DNA of 64,000 nucleotides from a virus (taxonomy: Duplodnaviria; Caudoviricetes), in the IMG/VR virus record IMGVR_UViG_3300027205_000173, positions 60,934 through 124,933 of that record; one strand, written 5' to 3'. Numbering within the stretch: position 1 is the first letter of the stretch; each line of letters opens with the position of its first letter. A model generated the notes under the pieces. That model did not search any database and was not told the DNA's origin. It worked only from the letters and a program-made list of their open reading frames with translations. This document shows, one piece after another, positions 1 to 9,086 of the stretch. Position numbers and translations under genes: made by a program.

Positions 1-234
1 AGAATCCACGATCTACAAAAACAAGTTTTTCAATTAGAAGAAGAGTTGCGTAAAATACGTTCCAAATACGGGGATGAAGTAGATCATTCTGATGATTTGG
101 CAAACTTAGTACGAGACATGGCCAAATCTCTTAATGGGGCTTATTTTCTTTCATCTAAATCAATCTTGGAGGAGCACGAACGTCGCCGTATTCAAGATGA
201 CATTGACGAAAATGGATTATCCGTAGAGGAATAA
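1..234 (+). CDS. hypothetical protein, 5'-truncated
   Basis: Frame is open from base 1 to TAA at 234; stop overlaps the next ATG. Confidence 0.6.
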   Translation, partial: RIHDLQKQVFQLEEELRKIRSKYGDEVDHSDDLANLVRDMAKSLNGAYFLSSKSILEEHERRRIQDDIDENGLSVEE

Positions 235-539
235 TGTATCTTTCATTTCTCGAAGACTATATTTCTGAATTAATGGTGTTGACCATAGACGACCCAGGCC
301 ACACCAGTAAAACTGAAGAAATATGGGGAACTCTTTGGGAGATATTGATCTGGGAGGAAAAATTAATGCCAGATTTAATTATTGATGGCGACAAAATTGC
401 CATTGAAAAGAAAAGTAAAATGATCAATAATAAAATTGAAATCAAGGAGGTGGAAGTAGTGAAGAAATTTACATGGTTAGGACTGACGGCTGTTGTTGGT
501 TTCGTTTGTTTTTTATATGGTTTTTTCACTGCTCCGTAA
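234..539 (+). CDS. hypothetical protein with C-terminal TM helix
   Basis: GAGGA RBS, TAATG coupling, hydrophobic C-terminus FTWLGLTAVVGFVCFLYGFF. Confidence 0.6.
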   Translation: MYLSFLEDYISELMVLTIDDPGHTSKTEEIWGTLWEILIWEEKLMPDLIIDGDKIAIEKKSKMINNKIEIKEVEVVKKFTWLGLTAVVGFVCFLYGFFTAP

Positions 540-543
540 CGTC

Positions 544-837
544 ATGGTAGAACCAGAATATGCGTCCGATATAAAGCCTTCTCAGCCCAAGGTTGTGTCG
601 CGTGCGAAAATGATTATTTTTGATGTTAATGTTGGGAGAAGGTGGGCTGTATCTTTGGAGGAAAACTCCTACATCCATCTTTATTCAATTTCCGATCATG
701 GCAATTCTGTAACATACAATAAGGTTGTAACCCTGTATAGGGGTAATCCTGAATGGCCATTAGTCGCCGAAGGTAAGCCATTTGAGGAATTCGCTCGTGA
801 CCTAGTGAGGAAATATGTCGGAATCGGAAAACCCTGA
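544..837 (+). CDS. hypothetical protein
   Basis: ATG 544 just after the previous stop, within ORF 493..837. Confidence 0.55.
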   Translation: MVEPEYASDIKPSQPKVVSRAKMIIFDVNVGRRWAVSLEENSYIHLYSISDHGNSVTYNKVVTLYRGNPEWPLVAEGKPFEEFARDLVRKYVGIGKP

Positions 838-982
838 TACAAAGAGTCCTGCCTATCGTATGTCAATTTGTTTTGATTGCGACAGACTTTTTCATCCAAC
901 GAGGCAGTGTAAGGAATGTGGGTGTTTTATGAAAGTCAAAACACGAATCCCTTCATCTAAATGCCCGCTTGGGAAATGGTAA
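815..982 (+). CDS. small Cys-rich protein, DUF6171-like (55 aa, not in ORF track)
   Basis: Manual translation MSESENPDTKSPAYRMSICFDCDRLFHPTRQCKECGCFMKVKTRIPSSKCPLGKW; GAGGA RBS; RxxICxxC..CxxCGCF..CPxxKW pattern. Confidence 0.8.
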   Translation: MSESENPDTKSPAYRMSICFDCDRLFHPTRQCKECGCFMKVKTRIPSSKCPLGKW

Positions 983-1990
983 TTAATTAACTACAGATTT
1001 CTTTGACTGTTTTTTCTTTATTTCATCCTCATACCAGTCATCTATAAATTCCGCACGGTTTGGGTAAGCATCAGAAAACCGCACATTCGTTCCGTCACCC
1101 CTCACGCCAATCCCCTCATACATTTTGTCATAGGCATACCAGCAGAAAGATTCGGCCCAGTCTTCTTCGTTATTATCTTTTGCATATTCAGTGAGTGCTT
1201 TTTGCCCAAAGATCAATGAATGAATACTGTCGCTAGAGACATCGAGCATCGTATTGGTTTCGTGTTGTTTGAAATTATCATTTAGTAAAGTTTTCGAGAC
1301 ATCCTTATCTGCAACCATCGCTTTTCCCCATTCCACGGAACTCCCAATACCGGCATAGTCTCCCACCACATGAGCCGTTTCATGCATTAGTAATGGTCCT
1401 ATAATTTCAGGGTACTGCCCTTCTGGGTATACGGTAAAACTGTCGTGATTGGCATCTGTCGTCCCCAGGGTGACCAGCCCATCTCCCCTAGCCTGGTCCT
1501 GCTTGTAGTCTTTTGCTGAAATATTTATTTGTTTTATTGGTACTTCAATTTCCGAAAATGTTGTATGAAAAATGTCAATTGTTGCGCCAATTTCTATTTG
1601 TGTATCTAGGACAGTAAATTGATCTTTATCATTGTATTCAATGTTTTTTTGTTCAAGAATTTCATCAAAAGATGTCTTTGTTACCTGTGATATCAGAACG
1701 ACCCCATTAATTTTCTGAACAACTGCGTACTCCATCGCAGATATGTCGTAATCACCGTCTAAATTTTTTAACAAAATTAGTTCGCCATTTTCCATATTGT
1801 CAAAATCACTGTTTTTCCAAATCGTCCATGGGTCGCTATATTCGAGCGAATCCGCATCGATTGTTTCCGTAACGAAGTAATCGTATTGATTGGGTTGTAA
1901 TGAATTAGATTGAGATGATTCGTGTGATGCATAAATAAAAAATGCAATCACCATAGAAACTGTCAACATAAAAATAGATCGTATTTTCAT
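983..1990 (-). CDS. exported/membrane-anchored zinc metalloprotease, anthrax lethal factor/PPEP-like
   Basis: N-terminal signal/TM; HETAH (HExxH); downstream YAKDNNEEDWAESF third-ligand motif; YPNRAEF. Confidence 0.75.
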   Translation of the reverse strand: MKIRSIFMLTVSMVIAFFIYASHESSQSNSLQPNQYDYFVTETIDADSLEYSDPWTIWKNSDFDNMENGELILLKNLDGDYDISAMEYAVVQKINGVVLISQVTKTSFDEILEQKNIEYNDKDQFTVLDTQIEIGATIDIFHTTFSEIEVPIKQINISAKDYKQDQARGDGLVTLGTTDANHDSFTVYPEGQYPEIIGPLLMHETAHVVGDYAGIGSSVEWGKAMVADKDVSKTLLNDNFKQHETNTMLDVSSDSIHSLIFGQKALTEYAKDNNEEDWAESFCWYAYDKMYEGIGVRGDGTNVRFSDAYPNRAEFIDDWYEDEIKKKQSKKSVVN

Positions 1991-2057
1991 AGGAATAATG
2001 TCCTCTGTTTAATGTATTATTATCAGAGCATACTGTGGTGTTGGGTGATTTCCTACA

Positions 2058-2636
2058 TTAATATTTAGTATTCTTTGATTTTTCCCGTATCCGTTTTGAT
2101 ACTTTTGCTGCCCTTTCGGTATTGGGAACAAATTGCTGACCTTTTTTGTCTGCTTCTAGTTTTTTAGCGATTGTCGCTTTTCTTTGCTCTGGTGTCAGTT
2201 TTTGCCATGCTTTTGCAGGTAGGTAGCGTGTCATTTTGCCGTCACGAAATGCGGGCTTGCCATCAGATGTCGTCCAACGCTGTTTAGTCCACTTTTTCAA
2301 TGAATTTTGAGCCTTGGACGGCTTCCCCCTGTATCCGCCACCTTCTTTTCTATAGGCTACGGCTAATAGTTGTGCTTTACGGGCGCTCCATTGCCCTGGC
2401 CTACCCCCATCGTCTCCTGCCATGATTTTGTCTTTAAGACGTTCACGCAAACTGGGTTTAGTGTAATTGAGTGATTTGAGATGATTGGATGGCGAATTGT
2501 AGATAAAGTCTTTCGTTGCCTTATCTACCCATTGTGGTGTTGTGCCGTATGAACTCATCTGGCGATTAAGCGAACCACCGATAACTGTACGCCTAATTTT
2601 CCCTATTTGTATTGGTTGACGTGCCATCGGGCTCAC
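2058..2636 (-). CDS. DUF5872-like basic protein
   Basis: NYTKPSLRERLK..GGRPGQWSARKAQLLA..YRKEGGGY..SLKKWTKQRW signature. Confidence 0.75.
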   Translation of the reverse strand: MSPMARQPIQIGKIRRTVIGGSLNRQMSSYGTTPQWVDKATKDFIYNSPSNHLKSLNYTKPSLRERLKDKIMAGDDGGRPGQWSARKAQLLAVAYRKEGGGYRGKPSKAQNSLKKWTKQRWTTSDGKPAFRDGKMTRYLPAKAWQKLTPEQRKATIAKKLEADKKGQQFVPNTERAAKVSKRIREKSKNTKY

Positions 2637-2965
2637 TTGCCCTTTTTGACAATCCCATTCGGAATGACTGCAAATCTACATTTTCCTTCCGGCATCACGG
2701 GGATAGTGATGATTTTACAAGAAGTTCCACCTTCGTAAAGGACGCAATTAGAACATTTGACACCAATGTTTTTTACAGTATTCTTCGATGGCGGATCATA
2801 CCCCGCCCATACACCTTCGCCCTTTTCGTCAAATTTGCCATATTTTTGGGTTAAGGAAATGAGCACTTTGGCGAGTTCTGCTTCTTGGGGGTCCATTTTG
2901 GGAGTATCACCAGAAATGATGATCCTTGCTCCACTAAGAAGATTTTCGAGGGGTGTTTTATTCAT
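2633..2965 (-). CDS. HiPIP-like 4-Cys protein
   Basis: Y..KCSNCVLY..C.....V.PEGKC spacing resembles high-potential iron-sulfur proteins; ATGA overlap with the next gene. Confidence 0.6.
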   Translation of the reverse strand: MNKTPLENLLSGARIIISGDTPKMDPQEAELAKVLISLTQKYGKFDEKGEGVWAGYDPPSKNTVKNIGVKCSNCVLYEGGTSCKIITIPVMPEGKCRFAVIPNGIVKKGK

Positions 2966-3157
2966 TTATAAATTATGCCACAACTATTCGTAGGTTTATT
3001 CAGATCAAGATATTTAAATTATTCATCCTGTGTTGGCGTTCGAACTTGGCCTAGCAAAACATTCTTGGGATTAATGCAATACTTCTGTAAATAGTCAACC
3101 ATTTTGTAGTAAAGTTTTATTAGCCCAGAGAGGGCCCTTAAAAGTAGGAGAAAAATT

Positions 3158-3793
3158 ATGAGCAAGACATTTATCTTTAATGACGCAGCAACAGTCACCG
3201 CTGCCCAACTAGCCGCACTGACAATGCCATTCACTGCAGAAATTACTGGCGTATACTTGCGATTGAATACCGGACCCGTTTCCTCCGCTGCAACTTTCGA
3301 CGTTGAGGTTGCTGGAACCAGCATCGTCAGTGCTGCCATTTCCGTGGCTGCAGGAGCAGTAGTGCCGACCACTGCCCCCACACTTCGCAAGAATGGCGCC
3401 ATCACTGGTGCCGTCAATGGCGCTGGAGTCACCGCCGTTTACACCGTTGCTGCTGGTCACCTTTTCAAGGTTGGCGACGTAGTTGATGTTGCTTCGGTTA
3501 CTGTTTCGGCAGGTAGCGCAGTTCCTTACAACTTCACCGGCAAGCAGGTTTCTGCAGTTACTTCGACGACGGTCACTGTTACCGGCATCGTTGGCACCCC
3601 AGGTACCTACAGCAGCGGCGGAACCATCGTCTGCACCACCTCGCCAATCGTTGTTCCGAAGGACGCAATCCTTTCCTTCGACTGTGATGGTGTTGGTGGA
3701 ACCGCAGCGATTGGTTACACACTCGCAATCACATACAACGAAGCAGCCGACACCAGCAAGGCCCCAGGTGGCCTTGACGCTAGCCGCTTCTAA
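3158..3793 (+). CDS. probable virion structural/decoration protein
   Basis: AGGAG RBS, Ala/Thr/Val/Gly-rich beta composition, biased codon use, followed by a strong terminator. Confidence 0.65.
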   Translation: MSKTFIFNDAATVTAAQLAALTMPFTAEITGVYLRLNTGPVSSAATFDVEVAGTSIVSAAISVAAGAVVPTTAPTLRKNGAITGAVNGAGVTAVYTVAAGHLFKVGDVVDVASVTVSAGSAVPYNFTGKQVSAVTSTTVTVTGIVGTPGTYSSGGTIVCTTSPIVVPKDAILSFDCDGVGGTAAIGYTLAITYNEAADTSKAPGGLDASRF

Positions 3794-3820
3794 TTCGTAA
3801 ATAATTCAGTCATTTGTATG

Positions 3821-3853
3821 AAGGCGGGAGGGAAACCTCCCGCTTTCTGCTTT
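3821..3853 (+). terminator. intrinsic terminator
   Basis: AAGGCGGGAGG-GAAA-CCTCCCGCTTT hairpin followed by a T-rich tract. Confidence 0.85.
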
Positions 3854-3882
3854 ATCACGTAACTATTAAGTAAGAAAAAACG

Positions 3883-4239
3883 ATGATGGCTAAACAACTA
3901 ATAACCTTATGTGTTAGCGGAAAAATATCCGCAGCAAAAAGACGCACCTCAGCAAGAATGCCTGCTAGTGGAAAAATTATTGGCGTATACACCTCAATAG
4001 GTACTCCGGCATCTGGTGCAACAATCATTGTTGACATCAATATTGCCGATACAACAATATTTACCACCCAAGCAAATAGGCCGACCATAGCGGTAGGGGC
4101 ATATTCTTCGGCTGCGGGAACGGCGGCTAATAACAAATTCGCCTTAGGCGATATTATCGTGGTCGATATTGACAGGGTTGGAACGGAAATTCCAGGAGAA
4201 GATTTGACTATCGGTATATGGGTAGATTTTGACTATTAA
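3883..4239 (+). CDS. probable virion protein, paralogous to the N/C parts of 3158..3793
   Basis: MPASGKIIGVY..IIVDINIA..IF vs MPFTAEITGVY..TFDVEVA; both end in D.D.VG...LT. Confidence 0.65.
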   Translation: MMAKQLITLCVSGKISAAKRRTSARMPASGKIIGVYTSIGTPASGATIIVDINIADTTIFTTQANRPTIAVGAYSSAAGTAANNKFALGDIIVVDIDRVGTEIPGEDLTIGIWVDFDY

Positions 4240-4257
4240 AATTATCTCATAAATGAG

Positions 4258-4286
4258 TTGACAAGTTGGAAATAAGCAAGTATGTT
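4258..4286 (+). promoter_or_regulatory. sigma70/sigmaA-type promoter for a leaderless transcript
   Basis: TTGACA (4258-4263), 17-nt spacer, TATGTT (4281-4286), ATG at 4294. Confidence 0.7.
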
Positions 4287-4293
4287 AATCACC

Positions 4294-4677
4294 ATGACCG
4301 ACATCACACCAAAGAAATCAAAAAAGAAATACCCTATGCTTTGTATTCGTCTCAATACTTCTTTGCGCGCTCATCTCGACAACGCTGCGCTCGTACACGG
4401 CATAACGAGGGGAGAGTTCGTTCGTCGGATACTTTCCGAACACTTTAGTAATCCAACATTCGTGACCCGTGATCGCGACTCGCGCGGGTCACGTATTCCA
4501 GCAGGCTATCCAAACGCAGGACAATTTACAGAAACGCCCGACACTAAGCAAGGTCCTTCAGGTCCCTTTACGGACTTGTCCCTATTTGCAAAGGGCGCCA
4601 ACGGACCAGCAGGTCCCTTTACAGATTTGTTCTCAACTGAGAAAGGCTTTACTCAACAAGGAACAACGGGTCCATGA
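4294..4677 (+). CDS. ribbon-helix-helix DNA-binding protein with low-complexity repeat tail
   Basis: PMLCIRLNTSLRAHLDNAA..GITRGEFVRRIL is CopG/Arc-like; start placed by the promoter. Confidence 0.65.
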   Translation: MTDITPKKSKKKYPMLCIRLNTSLRAHLDNAALVHGITRGEFVRRILSEHFSNPTFVTRDRDSRGSRIPAGYPNAGQFTETPDTKQGPSGPFTDLSLFAKGANGPAGPFTDLFSTEKGFTQQGTTGP

Positions 4678-4979
4678 AACGCCTCATATGCCAATCAAAA
4701 AGAAAAGACGGGAACCAATGCAAAGGAAATGCAATGGGAGCCACCTACTTCTGCTACGTGCATCAAGACTCCAAAGACCCAATAACGTACAGAGACCCGA
4801 TGATAGAAGCATTTCGCGGAATGCATAACTCAATAACATCCCTTATTGACTGGCACTACCGCACAGGCGGAGACATCTCTAGATACTTCGGAAACTACAC
4901 TCCACCGCCAGGGAAAAACCCCTACCGCAAACGACCAAATTCAAACAAACGCTACACACCCCCAATGAGGAATAAATGA
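4674..4979 (+). CDS. hypothetical protein with N-terminal C..C..C..H zinc motif
   Basis: CQSKRKDGNQCK..FCYVH; ATGA overlap. Confidence 0.6.
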   Translation: MKRLICQSKRKDGNQCKGNAMGATYFCYVHQDSKDPITYRDPMIEAFRGMHNSITSLIDWHYRTGGDISRYFGNYTPPPGKNPYRKRPNSNKRYTPPMRNK

Positions 4980-5027
4980 AACAACTCATTACGATCATTA
5001 TTGGCGCACCAATTAGGGAGGCAGACA

Positions 5028-5261
5028 ATGACACTGAGTCTTTATAGATTAAAAGCAACGCTTGGTAAAGCACGGCGGATCAACACCTTCTACGATACTG
5101 ACGATACGAGAGCGATTGGTAAAGGTGCGATGATCGTTATGCGCCTGGCCCATCACGAGTTTGATGATCCTCGCTACCCGAATAAAGTTTGGGGAAAAGG
5201 GAAGATCGTTTTACTCAACAGCACAGGCGAAACTTTGCAAACAATGGATGCTAAAGAATGA
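5028..5261 (+). CDS. hypothetical protein
   Basis: GGGAGG RBS before ATG 5028. Confidence 0.6.
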   Translation: MTLSLYRLKATLGKARRINTFYDTDDTRAIGKGAMIVMRLAHHEFDDPRYPNKVWGKGKIVLLNSTGETLQTMDAKE

Positions 5262-5313
5262 AAAATCACAAGAAGCAACCCCTAATGTCGCACCAAACAA
5301 ACAGGAGATACTC

Positions 5314-5577
5314 ATGTCATATAATTCCATGAATCAGTTACCACCCCCACGCCCAAATAATGGCTATGACGTTAAACGACACAACCCTACGGTCTACGAG
5401 ACAAGACGAAAAGAGTTCGCTCTCAAGGCTGGTGGCATCGGCGCTATTGTCGGTTTCGTTGCCTCGCTGGTCACTACTGGCTATGTCTTTGATGGACTAA
5501 TCAACGGAGCCATTTGGTTCGGCATCGTCTACGGAATCACTCGCTTGATTCAGAGGAACAAGAATGGCAAACAATAA
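5314..5577 (+). CDS. small two-TM membrane protein
   Basis: AGGAG RBS; two hydrophobic helices. Confidence 0.65.
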   Translation: MSYNSMNQLPPPRPNNGYDVKRHNPTVYETRRKEFALKAGGIGAIVGFVASLVTTGYVFDGLINGAIWFGIVYGITRLIQRNKNGKQ

Positions 5578-5878
5578 GGGGACGCTAGGCAACATACACA
5601 TTGCTGGCAAGGACTTTGATGTTGTTTATGTTATTTGGCATACATCTGACCCATCTAAAAGATGGTTTGTGACGATAGAGGAAACCAAAGAGAGGGCGAT
5701 ACTGCAATCACTAGTAGACCGCCGACCCCATCCCGCAAATGTTGGATTCACTCAGGATGCATGGACATACGACATTGTCGATGAAAGGACTTGGTCGAGA
5801 ATGAGTGCTGGCGGACTTCCAATACCGCCCAAAAAAATTCCTGCCTCGTACAGTGATGAAAATATACCTGCAAACTAA
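5564..5878 (+). CDS. hypothetical protein
   Basis: GAGGA RBS, overlaps previous stop. Confidence 0.6.
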   Translation: MANNKGTLGNIHIAGKDFDVVYVIWHTSDPSKRWFVTIEETKERAILQSLVDRRPHPANVGFTQDAWTYDIVDERTWSRMSAGGLPIPPKKIPASYSDENIPAN

Positions 5879-5886
5879 AGGAACAT

Positions 5887-6477
5887 ATGCCCTACGATAA
5901 AAACAACAAATGGGTTAAAAGCCTAGGTAGGACGGCGCCTACTAATCATGTTCGGCCAGGAACAAGCAGACTAATAAAAGATGACGACATGAGAATCTGG
6001 TTAATGCTTCAGACATGGTCTGATTTTGCTCAAAGCCTTTACGATTATTGCCTAACTCATGGCGGCCTGACCGAGAAACAAATGTTGTCAGCAGAAAAAA
6101 TGCGAATCAAAGTCGACCCTGAATATGACCCTTATGGCGAAGGGGTTTGGGAGGGGGTATACATAGATGACGAAGATAAATATATCTTCAAAATTTCTAT
6201 TGTAACCAAAAATAATGACGAGCAAGTACGGTCAATCAGAAAACGTTTAATAGACATGCCTGGATGGTCGGACATCAAATTGGCATCCGATAAAGCGTTG
6301 TTATTCGGGTGCATCAAGACTGGCACTTACCGCATGCTGAACGACGATGAACTGATAGATATTGGAAGAAGAACTGGCATATGCTGCGATTGTGGAAAGG
6401 TTCTCGACAATCCCAAAAGTATTGCTGCAGGAATCGGACCATATTGTGCAAAAATACGCAGCCAAACTAATCAATAA
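5887..6477 (+). CDS. DUF6011 zinc-ribbon domain protein
   Basis: C-terminal GRRTGICCDCGKVLDNPKSIAAGIGPYCA. Confidence 0.75.
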   Translation: MPYDKNNKWVKSLGRTAPTNHVRPGTSRLIKDDDMRIWLMLQTWSDFAQSLYDYCLTHGGLTEKQMLSAEKMRIKVDPEYDPYGEGVWEGVYIDDEDKYIFKISIVTKNNDEQVRSIRKRLIDMPGWSDIKLASDKALLFGCIKTGTYRMLNDDELIDIGRRTGICCDCGKVLDNPKSIAAGIGPYCAKIRSQTNQ

Positions 6478-6489
6478 GAAGGAAACAAC

Positions 6490-6741
6490 ATGACCAGCAG
6501 AGACACCTACGATATTCTCACCTACGAAGAAGAAAAGGAAGAATCTATGAACGGGATCAATATCCAGATCAATACTCTTGTCGATGCAATGATAGATGCG
6601 GAGAAGTGTTTGTTCCATAACAGTCCGGCTAACCTAATGGTTAACTCTTTGCTTAACGAGGAAGGCAGTCTCGTAGTTAAGGAGATACCAGTTCTTCTCG
6701 CCTTTCGTGGCGCACACCCGAATTTCCCCGCAAGCGAGTAG
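6490..6741 (+). CDS. hypothetical protein
   Basis: AAGGA RBS; operon context. Confidence 0.55.
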   Translation: MTSRDTYDILTYEEEKEESMNGINIQINTLVDAMIDAEKCLFHNSPANLMVNSLLNEEGSLVVKEIPVLLAFRGAHPNFPASE

Positions 6742-6745
6742 TCCC

Positions 6746-6934
6746 ATGCTTACGAACATTACGGTCGGAAGCAACCAAAGAGGACAATGCGAGATTTGTC
6801 ATCTCAAATCATACAGATATAGCAAATGGCTACATGTTCAGATGTGGTACGACAACCACAAGTGTATTGATGGAAGAAAGACTTCCCGTAATGGCCCACG
6901 AAATAAAGAAAATGTCCCGCTGGAGACCCAATGA
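6746..6934 (+). CDS. small Cys/His protein
   Basis: CEIC..HKC; ATGA overlap with the next gene. Confidence 0.5.
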   Translation: MLTNITVGSNQRGQCEICHLKSYRYSKWLHVQMWYDNHKCIDGRKTSRNGPRNKENVPLETQ

Positions 6935-7128
6935 GGTACCTTCTGCCTGAACCATTTTGCTGTGACGCTAAACGCCCTAATGGATTTACTTATCACCAGT
7001 TCGTGACGGTTTGCGATAATTGCCTTACACAGTTCCCATATTATGACTGCTACTGTGAACTAAAGCACGATGATTGTAGTGAGGAAACGCGCCTGCGCAA
7101 CATCGCATACCGAGAGGCTAACCGATGA
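6931..7128 (+). CDS. small Cys-rich protein
   Basis: GGAG RBS; 7 Cys in 65 aa; ATGA overlaps on both sides. Confidence 0.55.
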   Translation: MRYLLPEPFCCDAKRPNGFTYHQFVTVCDNCLTQFPYYDCYCELKHDDCSEETRLRNIAYREANR

Positions 7129-7751
7129 ACAAATTTCTAAAGTTATTTACCCACGAAATTTATATTGTAGCAATGCTTGGTATTATTTCCATGACTACAG
7201 CATGGGCTGGAGTTCAATCATCACTTCACGGTGGGGCTTCGGATGAGGCGTACTCCGTTTATCAACTTGACCTCAGTGAATCCAACAACATGTGGATTAC
7301 CTCTGAGGTTAAATACAGGGCTGACTTGACTGTTTGGAAAGACAAAAAGGTACGACTCCTCGTTGATGGCGTCAGTAACGAAGACATCTATGAAGATATC
7401 CAAACTTCCAATGGTTCATACGAGTTTTACGAGCACGCAATACCCTGTCTAGTCGCACAGAACCAAAGTCAACTTCCAGACTGTTCCTCATACATGGATG
7501 AGTTGTACGTCCCACAAGCAGAAGTCTGGGAAAGAGCATCTGAGTCACTCGTAGTATCTGAGACAGAAGGTGGACGTAGTGACAGACTTCAGGTACTTAC
7601 GGCGTTATTCGCCATTTCTTTGTTCATGCTTGGTATCGCTTCGGTTGTTAAGCGCAAAGAGTTATTACTGCCGTTGGTCATCTTGGCTACGGCGCTATGG
7701 GTCTTTGGTTGTACTGTTTTACTAAGTATCCCTAGTATCTCGTTTATGTGA
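7125..7751 (+). CDS. three-TM membrane protein (DUF4337-like topology)
   Basis: One N-terminal TM (TAWAGVQSSL), a soluble helical region and two C-terminal TMs. Confidence 0.65.
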   Translation: MNKFLKLFTHEIYIVAMLGIISMTTAWAGVQSSLHGGASDEAYSVYQLDLSESNNMWITSEVKYRADLTVWKDKKVRLLVDGVSNEDIYEDIQTSNGSYEFYEHAIPCLVAQNQSQLPDCSSYMDELYVPQAEVWERASESLVVSETEGGRSDRLQVLTALFAISLFMLGIASVVKRKELLLPLVILATALWVFGCTVLLSIPSISFM

Positions 7752-7781
7752 CCATATCCTGGCAGGTGCATACTTTATGAC

Positions 7782-7997
7782 ATGCCTAAATCTAAATTTT
7801 TCAAAGAACTGACAGTAGGGGAACAGAAGTTTCTTACCGACATGATTGAGCATCACAAAATGGCTCTCATGATGTCCAAAGATGTATTGCGATCCACGGA
7901 GGACTACGACACGATGTCATTGGCTTATTCCATTATTCAAAATCAAACTAATGAAATTGCTTTGATGGCTAAAATGTTGCGCTCCCGACGTTGGTGA
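7782..7997 (+). CDS. DUF305 ferritin-like (CopM-like) single-repeat protein
   Basis: FLTDMIEHHKMALMMS..LAYSIIQNQTNEIALM. Confidence 0.8.
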   Translation: MPKSKFFKELTVGEQKFLTDMIEHHKMALMMSKDVLRSTEDYDTMSLAYSIIQNQTNEIALMAKMLRSRRW

Positions 7998-8093
7998 AGT
8001 GTATTTTATGTCATAATTTACCTATACGTATTTGTGTATTCAGAAGACGCAAATTGATAATTAAAGTACTAAACCCGACAAGGTGGTAGCGAG

Positions 8094-8125
8094 AGCGGCG
8101 CGAGGATTATCCTCCGCCGTTTTTG
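8094..8125 (+). terminator. probable intrinsic terminator
   Basis: GCGGCG(C)GAGG-ATTAT-CCTCCGCCGT followed by TTTT. Confidence 0.6.
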
Positions 8126-8177
8126 CTATTCCTGAACAGTTACAGTACGGGGGCGTAACAACAACTATGATCTAGCC

Positions 8178-8714
8178 ATGAACATCATGGGGCTAGACCT
8201 TTCGCTAACATCTGCTGGTTATTCTATAAATGGAGAGACTGGCACAATAGCCGTCAAGACAAAAGAAGCAGAACGCCTATATGAGATACGCGAAGATATC
8301 ATCAATCTTGTCAAATCATATGATGTTAATGCCGTAGTGATTGAGGGGTATGCTTTTGCCGCCCGTAATTCGCAATCACATAAAATTGGCGAACTTGGTG
8401 GCGTGATCAGGCTTGCTTTATATGAGATGGAAGTGCCCTATATCGATGTACCACCGACTTGTCGTGCAAAATTTGCTACTGGCAAAGGTAATTCATCTAA
8501 GACGGAAGTTGTTTCTGCTGTTTCAGCACGCACTGGTATCGTTTGGGCCGGCAAAGGCACCGACGACATGTGTGATGCGTGGATTTTAGAACAAATGGGC
8601 TTGACTGCGCTTGGTTCGCCACAGTATGATTGGCCCAAATCAAGCACGGATGCCTTGAAAACAGTTGACTGGTCATCTTTGACTCGGGGAAGCGATAATG
8701 AGCATACGGAATAG
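8178..8714 (+). CDS. ruvC: RuvC-like Holliday junction resolvase
   Basis: IMGLDLSLTSAG, VVIEGY, ELGGVIR, KFATGKGNSSK, DMCDA acidic motifs. Confidence 0.85.
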   Translation: MNIMGLDLSLTSAGYSINGETGTIAVKTKEAERLYEIREDIINLVKSYDVNAVVIEGYAFAARNSQSHKIGELGGVIRLALYEMEVPYIDVPPTCRAKFATGKGNSSKTEVVSAVSARTGIVWAGKGTDDMCDAWILEQMGLTALGSPQYDWPKSSTDALKTVDWSSLTRGSDNEHTE

Positions 8715-9042
8715 CCCAATCAGCCAAGTTGATATTGAGAACGAAATGCTTCGTTTGATTGACATGCTTGAAGAAGAAACTGAAGCATTCGGCAGACTGG
8801 CCGAGGACGCCGCCAAGAAGGATGCCCTGTATAAGCATAGTTGGGCTAAAGAGTACCTGGCGGCCAAGGGGTCGATTAAAGAGCGTGAGGCGTGGGCTGA
8901 GTACCTTCTGGCAGACCAGCAGTTTGACTACAAGATGTCCGAGGGTCTCGTGAAAGCAAAGAGAGAAAAACTCCTTTCGCTCCGAACATCGATTGATGCC
9001 ATGCGTACGCTAAATGCGAACTTAAGGGCTATTGTCTCGTAG
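8698..9042 (+). CDS. helical phage protein (possibly recombination mediator)
   Basis: Coiled-coil character; overlaps ruvC; function is a guess. Confidence 0.6.
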   Translation: MSIRNSPISQVDIENEMLRLIDMLEEETEAFGRLAEDAAKKDALYKHSWAKEYLAAKGSIKEREAWAEYLLADQQFDYKMSEGLVKAKREKLLSLRTSIDAMRTLNANLRAIVS

Positions 9043-9086
9043 GGGTCATGGTATAGAACTTATGCCAATATTGTTGGAGAAAAATA

